Assembly: GCA_034226945.1 (NCBI GenBank)
Contig: CP120457.1
Coordinates: 620,001 to 684,000 of the forward strand
DNA from: Picochlorum sp. SENEW3
Lineage: Eukaryota
Direction: 5' to 3'
DNA: 64,000 nt
Both the position numbers and the translations under genes were made by a program. Shown here one piece after another: positions 57,399-64,000 of this stretch; position 1 is the first letter of the stretch, and the number at the start of each line of letters is the position of its first letter. The notes beneath the pieces were generated by a model. That model did no database searches. It worked only from the letters and a program-made list of their open reading frames with translations, and was not told the origin of the DNA.

Positions 57399-59294
57399 AT
57401 GGAGTGGTGCTCGCCTGGGGCGAGACAGGTTTGTTTAGGTGTCGTTATACTGCTGCTGTTGCATGGGTCTGCTGTGCAATGTGCTGCAGCATCAAACACG
57501 ACGGCAGGGCTTGAGAATAATAATGAGTCTGTGGTAGTGTATAGTAATGGGAGCATATCCCCTGCTCAGAATGCAGGCACAGTAGAGGCCGGTAGCAATG
57601 CTTCTGATCCGGCATTGTATGAATTAGAGAATGGAAACTTACTGATCAATGTGACAGAGCTGTGGAGGTACTTTTTAGAGACGGGTGGAAGGCTTCCTCC
57701 TCTGTCTTCCCAAGCAGTGGACATGTTTGCAAGCATGGTGAATCAGGTGGATCTGACAGGCGCCTTTTCTCTGTTACAGAATGAGACGTTTTTCAATAGC
57801 TTTTTGAATCAGTTTGCTGATACGTTTCCTGAATGGAGTGCGTGGATAGGAGAAGTACGGGATGCAAGAGAGCGGTTGCTGGATGAAGGTGATTCAGGGT
57901 CATCATCAGTCGGGATGATTATAGGTATCGTGCTCGGTGTGCTAGGATGTGTTGCAATACTCGCAAGTGTTATAGTGCTCTTCATGTATAAGAGAAGAGT
58001 CGGAAGAATGACGAGTGATGAGCAGGGAGTTAAAATGGTCAATGTGGCAGCGTATGATGATTCCTTGTCTCTGAAGAGTGCGACAACACTTGCCTTGTCA
58101 GTTTGCCCAGATGATCAGAATGATATGACTCCTGATGTTGTTGGTCAAAAGGATGTGCGGAGGTATTCGAGTGATCCCGTGTTGAGGTGGATTGAAGGGC
58201 ATGCTGTGGCACAGCAGTCTCCAACACTGTCTATATCATCAGCTGATGATCATGGGAAAAATGATGCGCTGCCCAGACAGGATACAGGATCTTCTTCTGT
58301 TTTCAGTGAAGATATTCCGGAATTCTTGTCGAATTTACAATTTCATTGGGAGGATATTACTATTGTGAAATCATTGGGAGTGGGGGCATGTGGAAAGGTG
58401 TACTTGGCACGGTGGAATGAGACTCCAGTTGCTGTCAAGGTGTTGCTCGATGCAAGAGAGTTGCAGAACAAGATAGAAGCGTCCAATCACCCAGGAACAT
58501 CAGCTGTTACGTCGAAAGCATTGAGCGCTGCATCGTATGTTGCAACTGCCAATCCAAGGAGGATGCTGGAAGAGATTCGAATAACAGCAGCATTGAGGCA
58601 TCCAAATGTTGTTCAGTTTATGGGATTCTGTTTAGATCCACCCAGTATGGCAGCCGAGTACTGCCCTCGAGGGTCTTTATACCATGTCCTGCATGAACCA
58701 CACGGTCCTCCAGGCATGCAGAAGAAGACACAGTTATCATGGCTGCGGCGGGTCGCGTTTGCAGCAGATGGAGCAGCAGGGATGTTACATCTTCACAGCA
58801 GAAGCCCTCAAATCCTACATAGAGATTTGAATTCACCCAACTTGCTCGTCGCAGCAGATTGGACGGTGAAAGTAGCTGACATGGGTATGAGCAAACTGAT
58901 GATAGACTCTGCCCTAGATGGCAATATTAACTCCGTCGCCACATCAGGAGGCGGACTGAATCCAAGATGGTTAGCACCGGAGATTCTCTCAGGAGGACAA
59001 TGCACGACTGCGAGCGATGTATTCTCATTTGGCGTGGTTATGTGGGAAATCCTTACGAGGAGGATTCCATGGGAAGGAAAGACCACCTGGGCAATCGTCG
59101 GAGACGTTCAGAGTGGCCATCGACCAACCATCCCTGAGACTATTGTTGAACAAGACAACGATGGAGAATCGGTGAGAGAGTACATGTCCTTGATGGAAGC
59201 ATGCTGGAGCCATCATCCTGCTGAAAGACCAGAGTTTGGATCTATTGCGCAAAAACTGAGAGAAATCCAACGCATCATTCTGCAGAATGCATGA
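57399..59294 (+). CDS. Receptor-like TKL-group protein kinase
   Basis: Signal peptide, TM IIGIVLGVLGCVAILASVIVLFMY-KRR, GVGACG, VAVK, HRDLNSPN, DMG, WLAPE. Confidence 0.88.
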   Translation: MEWCSPGARQVCLGVVILLLLHGSAVQCAAASNTTAGLENNNESVVVYSNGSISPAQNAGTVEAGSNASDPALYELENGNLLINVTELWRYFLETGGRLPPLSSQAVDMFASMVNQVDLTGAFSLLQNETFFNSFLNQFADTFPEWSAWIGEVRDARERLLDEGDSGSSSVGMIIGIVLGVLGCVAILASVIVLFMYKRRVGRMTSDEQGVKMVNVAAYDDSLSLKSATTLALSVCPDDQNDMTPDVVGQKDVRRYSSDPVLRWIEGHAVAQQSPTLSISSADDHGKNDALPRQDTGSSSVFSEDIPEFLSNLQFHWEDITIVKSLGVGACGKVYLARWNETPVAVKVLLDARELQNKIEASNHPGTSAVTSKALSAASYVATANPRRMLEEIRITAALRHPNVVQFMGFCLDPPSMAAEYCPRGSLYHVLHEPHGPPGMQKKTQLSWLRRVAFAADGAAGMLHLHSRSPQILHRDLNSPNLLVAADWTVKVADMGMSKLMIDSALDGNINSVATSGGGLNPRWLAPEILSGGQCTTASDVFSFGVVMWEILTRRIPWEGKTTWAIVGDVQSGHRPTIPETIVEQDNDGESVREYMSLMEACWSHHPAERPEFGSIAQKLREIQRIILQNA

Positions 59295-59346
59295 CTGTTT
59301 ATATGCTATTTTTTGCGCTTTTTGTTTATAGAACTTTGTAATTCAC

Positions 59347-60165
59347 ATGTCGATCTGGGTGTTTTCAGTGTCGGTGGACTTTGGACTCCAGCTGGCAGGT
59401 TGGCTTTTATCAGTCCTTCTGGGCTCAGAGATCATCTATGATCTCCTCGGAAGTATAACATTTATAACTGTTTCTCTAGGAAGTTATAGTTTGTATGGAA
59501 TAGGGTCAAACGTTGGATTGCTGGCAACGACGCTTGTGGTCGCATGGGCAGCACGGTTGGGATCGTTTCTTTTCTACAGAATCTTACAAACCGGGCATGA
59601 TTCTAGATTTGAAAAGATTCGATCGAATCCAATCAGTTTCTTTGTAGCATGGATGATGCAAGGCGTTTGGGTTTTGGCCACGTTGACTCCTGTTCTTTTG
59701 GTCAACTCGTCTCCCTCACACGTCAAGACGTCTCTTACAAGCGTACAAACGACACAGGTATTGGTGGGAAGTGCGGTATGGACGGTAGGGTTTCTATTCG
59801 AGTCGGTGGCTGACTATCAAAAGTTTGTGTTCAAATCAACACCAGAGAATGCTGGGATGTTTATACAGTCAGGGTTGTGGAGTCTGTGTCGGTATCCAAA
59901 TTACTTTGGGGAAATGACGGTATGGTTTGGCATGTACATGATATGTACATCTCAACTCAGTCTCGATATGTGTGGTGTATCGCTGGTATCTCCCGTGTTT
60001 GTGACGCTGCTGTTGTGTTATGTGAGTGGTATACCGCTACAGGAGAAGCAAGCATGGCAACGATGGGGTGACAACGACGAGTATCTCGCGTATAAACAGA
60101 ATACCAATCTCCTTATTCCATCGATATTGTCCAACGACATGCTCTGCTGTTCAAAACGCCAATAA
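59347..60165 (+). CDS. DUF1295 / steroid 5-alpha-reductase-like membrane protein
   Basis: WAARLG, DSRF, ESVADYQK, GLWSLCRYPNYFGE. Confidence 0.9.
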   Translation: MSIWVFSVSVDFGLQLAGWLLSVLLGSEIIYDLLGSITFITVSLGSYSLYGIGSNVGLLATTLVVAWAARLGSFLFYRILQTGHDSRFEKIRSNPISFFVAWMMQGVWVLATLTPVLLVNSSPSHVKTSLTSVQTTQVLVGSAVWTVGFLFESVADYQKFVFKSTPENAGMFIQSGLWSLCRYPNYFGEMTVWFGMYMICTSQLSLDMCGVSLVSPVFVTLLLCYVSGIPLQEKQAWQRWGDNDEYLAYKQNTNLLIPSILSNDMLCCSKRQ

Positions 60166-60248
60166 CACATGCATGTCACCTGATGTTGCTAGAGTTAGAA
60201 CTTACACTTTTTTAAGAATAAAAAAGTACACCACAATGTGCGTACACT

Positions 60249-61042
60249 TTACCATGGAAGGCTGACACCGTTGGTGGCAAAGTTGTTGGCGAATGGATCA
60301 GCCAAGTGAGAGGTCAGGGCGGCGATTGGAGAAGCTCCAGTGGCCTGGTGCTGGGCAACAAATCCGAGGAAGGCCACCATGGCAAGACGTCCATTCTTGA
60401 TCTCCTTCACCTTCTTCTCATCAGAGGCCATTCCCATTGGGTCGAAAGCTCCTCCTGGGTAAATACGCTTCTCAGCATCGGCTCCTCCACGGAGAGATTC
60501 AACTCCAGCCATGGCAGCAAACTCAATGGCCAAGAGGGTTCCCAAATCAAATGGAACCTCTGCTCCCATGTACTGAGAGTGTCCTCCCTCGAGGAGTGGG
60601 AGTGGTGCGGAGTACCAGTCTCCCTGTCCCAACAATTCAGCTCCGAGACATCCGGCAACACCGAGCATAGCCCAACGTCCGTGAATCACCTCAGACTCCT
60701 GGAAGCGCTTGAGACTGGCAGCGTCCTTTCCCAATCCCAAAGGATCTGCAGATGAGCAGTATGTATAATTATGTTATAGAGTGTTAACACGAGACCTATG
60801 CGGAAAGGGAATCAGAAAGACCCTTGGAATTCCACCCCTTCCTTTCCATGAAGTGCGCGACACCAAAGCTATGAATACTTACCGAATCCATAAGAAGCTG
60901 GAAGAGAATCAAGATATGATGGAGTCTCAGATCCTGGAAGCCAGTTTCCTGCCTTCATGACGGTGCGGCTTCCATTCTTGACAGAAGCGACCTTGACGCT
61001 TCCAGACACGAAGGAGCGAGCAGACACAGTTGCAGACATCAT
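60249..61042 (-). CDS. LHCA1: Photosystem I light-harvesting protein Lhca1
   Basis: Exons 61042-60883 and 60745-60249; KAGNWLPGS, ESEVIHGRWAM, KEIKNGRLAM. Confidence 0.9.
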
Positions 61043-61819
61043 GATGCTTATAATTCTGTTCCGAGTGAACTTTTGGGATAAAATTATACGGCATCGACGC
61101 AGCCACCTCCATCTTGTCATGAAATCGCATCCCAATTTGGATTGAGGGATGGATTAGATTTCCAAGTATCCGATGGCAAGATGCGTCGAGATCTCCCATG
61201 AAGGACTACGCGCGATGGGATAGGGTCACATGCATCCCATGACCCACCTCGACCATCGGCTCAATCTCCGCCTTATCCGCAAAAAGGAGGGTCACATCAG
61301 CTGCCTCTCTGGTCATTGACCTGCTCTGTGGGTGCAATACTCGTCATGAAGGTTCCTTCACGACAATCACGCTGTGGAATGTCATTGATGTGCGAGGTGA
61401 GACTGGAAATCAATGGATCAGACATTGTGCCAGGGATGAGGGGGGGGCTGCCTCCAACCTTGAACACGAGTGCTGCTGACCTGACACTCAACAACCTCCC
61501 AGCTTTGGATCTTGTCTGTCAGATGCGATCAAAGAGTCATCATCTTCATGGGATGCCCATAGATGGACGTGTCCAATCGTGGGCGCGAGATCACGGGGCG
61601 AATTCCTTGGATCACAATCTCATCGTGGCTGTCTGCCCCCATGGGGTGGAATCCATGGGGCCTTGGGACTGGGATGAAGTGATTCTGATACTGCCTCCAG
61701 TGCCATTAATTTTATATCTAGAGGAAATCTCTGAGTTCGTGGTGGATATTTTCGTCCTATCCTACTGTGTACATCCATTCTAATCTACTTGCTCACACAG
61801 ACAAGTTCGGAGAACAAAG
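61043..61819. promoter_or_regulatory. Putative bidirectional Lhca promoter
   Basis: Between divergent ATGs; I-box-like CCTTATCC at 61271-61278; 19 GGAT/ATCC tetramers counted. Confidence 0.6.
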
Positions 61820-62793
61820 ATGCTGACTGCTGCTAGAATCAACGTTGGATTGGCTGCTGTACGTTTTAATATCGACGTTAATACATGTTTATGCGGGTAT
61901 CAGGGTAAACGTCTTCGAGAAAGACTGGATAAAACGGCTTGGGCCGAGGAGGGTGGGGTGGGGGATACGCTCGATCCTATGGATTAGAGAACGGTCGAAT
62001 GAAATGTTTGATGGGGCGAGCCACGCGCTTTTAATACCAAGGTGATTATGTTCAACTCATCGATGCTTCTTTTTGTATTTTGCAGCGCCCAGTTGCCAAC
62101 ACCTCTTCCAGAAGAAACGTATCTGCCAAGGCTGAGAGCCGCCCAATCTGGTACCCAGGAAACGAGGCTGAGGTCCCAGAGTACCTTGATGGAACCCTTG
62201 CTGGAGATTTCGGATTTGATCCTCTAGGATTGGGATCTTCTCCAGAGCAGCTCGCATGGAATGTCCAGGCTGAATTGATCCATGGACGCCTTGCTATGAC
62301 TGCTGTTGCCGGTATTTTGTACACCTCTGTCGCTCACTCTGCTGGAGCTGATGTGCCAGAGTGGTATGAGGCCGGAAAGGTCTACATGGACAAGAACCCA
62401 GAGGTTTCCTTCGGAGCTCTTGTGTGGACCACTATCGCTCTCTCTGGATGGGTTGAGTTCAAGCGTCTTCAGGACATCAGAAACCCAGGATCTCAGGGAG
62501 ATGGATCCTTCTTGGGAATCACCGATGACTTCAAGGGTGTGTCCAACGGATACCCAGGAGGAAAGTACTTTGATCCAATGGGACTCTCCCGTGGAGACGA
62601 AGCTAAATACGCCGAATACAAGGAGAAGGAGGTTAAGAACGGACGCCTTGCCATGGTTGCTTTCCTCGGATTCGCCGCCCAGTATGCCGCCACAGGAAAG
62701 GGACCAATTGACAACTTGGCTGCCCACTTGGCTGACCCAGCCCACGCCAACTTTGTCCACAACGGTATCTCCGTGCCATTTATTTCCAACTAA
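61820..62793 (+). CDS. LHCA7: Photosystem I light-harvesting protein, Lhca7-like
   Basis: Exons 61820-61858 and 62086-62793; QAELIHGRLAM, NPGSQGDGSFLG, FDPMGLSRGD, KEVKNGRLAM. Confidence 0.85.
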
Positions 62794-62855
62794 TTGCTCA
62801 TCAACGTATTCGAATGATTACATGGGTATAGTGTAAACAAAATTAGTATCGAGAA

Positions 62856-63842
62856 TCACTGCCCGATGGACCCCATCTCTCTAGCATGTTCATCAAAAAG
62901 ATTTGTTGCTGCCTCTGTCAACGGATCAGACACCAGTTGCTGTGCAACCTCTGGACTAATGGTAAACGTGTTACACCCCTGCGTCGCCAGTTGTGCAATC
63001 TCATCCGCACTTCGAATAGACGCAACAAGCAATCTCACCTCCCCGGAACACTCCGTGGACATGTCAATAATCCCCTGCATGGCTGCAACATCACTCACAG
63101 CATCCTTCCCAGCATCCCCCATCCTTCCAAAATACGGAGCCACATAATGTGCTCCCACCGACAGCGCTGTAATAACCTGATGTACACTATATACCGCCGT
63201 AAATGTCACTGGCACACCGTCATTCACCAATCGCTTTGCAGTCTGAATTCCTTCCATCGTAATGGGCACTTTGACAACAACTCGGGTATCCAACTCTGCC
63301 AAATCCAACGCACACGAATACATCTCCGCAACAGTATCCCCCCATGCCTGCAATTGAAGCTCTTGTATATCCAATTCAAACGCGTGCCGCGTCAACTGCC
63401 TGATCGACGGCAGCGTGCAGTGCACCCCACTGCGTTTCAGCAGTGTTGGGTTTGTTGTACACCCATAAAACATCCCCGTATCAGCCCACTTTTTCATCTC
63501 CTGAATATCAGCACTATCGAGATACAGTCTCATACTTGGATCATTCTCCCCCTCCACAAGCTCATCCCCATCAAACACATATGTTGCAAACTCATCCTCA
63601 TCCTCATCTTCCTGCTCATCTTCTCCAAACTCTTCCCCATCCATGGACGACCGCATCATCGTCAACGTCTGCCTTCTGAGGCCATCCGTGTACCTTGTAC
63701 TACCGTATATCCTTCCCAGAATACCACACCCCGTCGATACGACGTGCTTCTCTGGTACTACCAAGGACGAAGCATGTAGATTCTTTGACAGTCTCAGAGG
63801 CACCCTTGTTGATGGAACAGCAACAGAGGGTATCATTGCCAT
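62856..63842 (-). CDS. Transaldolase-family protein, fructose-6-phosphate aldolase-type, plastid-targeted
   Basis: LYLDSAD, TTNPT, VVKVP, YVAPYFGR, LVASIR; transit peptide and acidic linker. Confidence 0.88.
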   Translation of the reverse strand: MAMIPSVAVPSTRVPLRLSKNLHASSLVVPEKHVVSTGCGILGRIYGSTRYTDGLRRQTLTMMRSSMDGEEFGEDEQEDEDEDEFATYVFDGDELVEGENDPSMRLYLDSADIQEMKKWADTGMFYGCTTNPTLLKRSGVHCTLPSIRQLTRHAFELDIQELQLQAWGDTVAEMYSCALDLAELDTRVVVKVPITMEGIQTAKRLVNDGVPVTFTAVYSVHQVITALSVGAHYVAPYFGRMGDAGKDAVSDVAAMQGIIDMSTECSGEVRLLVASIRSADEIAQLATQGCNTFTISPEVAQQLVSDPLTEAATNLFDEHAREMGSIGQ

Positions 63843-64000
63843 GTACTACGATGGTACTTTTTTTATCTTCTTAAACGTTCTATATCTATTGTTGTGCGAG
63901 ACAACTGTATCCTGCTGTATCCTTTTGCTTGGTTCTTCCTCTCCATAGCAGAGATGCATGTTCTTTCTAATGTTTTATTTACAGACATTGATGCATTTTG

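Noticed and set aside
61316..61783. 155-aa ORF between the Lhca genes
   Set aside because: Non-ATG ORF start, no domain, and it lies in a likely promoter
1..64000. CRISPR arrays, tRNA/rRNA genes, prokaryotic operons
   Set aside because: No regularly spaced repeats or RNA gene signatures seen; the sequence is intron-containing eukaryotic DNA

Overview
Eukaryotic nuclear DNA from a gene-dense green alga. The evidence is Lhca1/Lhca7, PBCP, plastid transit peptides, short GT-AG introns and very short intergenic spacers; a compact trebouxiophyte such as Picochlorum is my inference. About 35 protein-coding genes are supportable, many needing splicing of the supplied ORFs. I see no rRNA, tRNA or CRISPR array. 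Two accessory-looking tracts stand out. (1) 0-6.5 kb holds two paralogous EF-hand/transmembrane proteins with an RRL/RRKLL motif and a C-terminal Cys-rich module, a shared upstream element, a third decayed fragment and other secreted proteins. (2) 37.6-43.6 kb holds a frameshifted Helitron/PIF1 helicase remnant, an S41-peptidase-like secreted protein and duplicated fragments of both flanking genes. Other highlights: an intronless Dug3-WD40-Dug2-like fusion, a candidate bicistronic pair (stop and start 1 nt apart), a DDT/3xPHD/4x-bromodomain protein and an FSA-type plastid aldolase. All family calls come from motif recognition by eye, not database searches.
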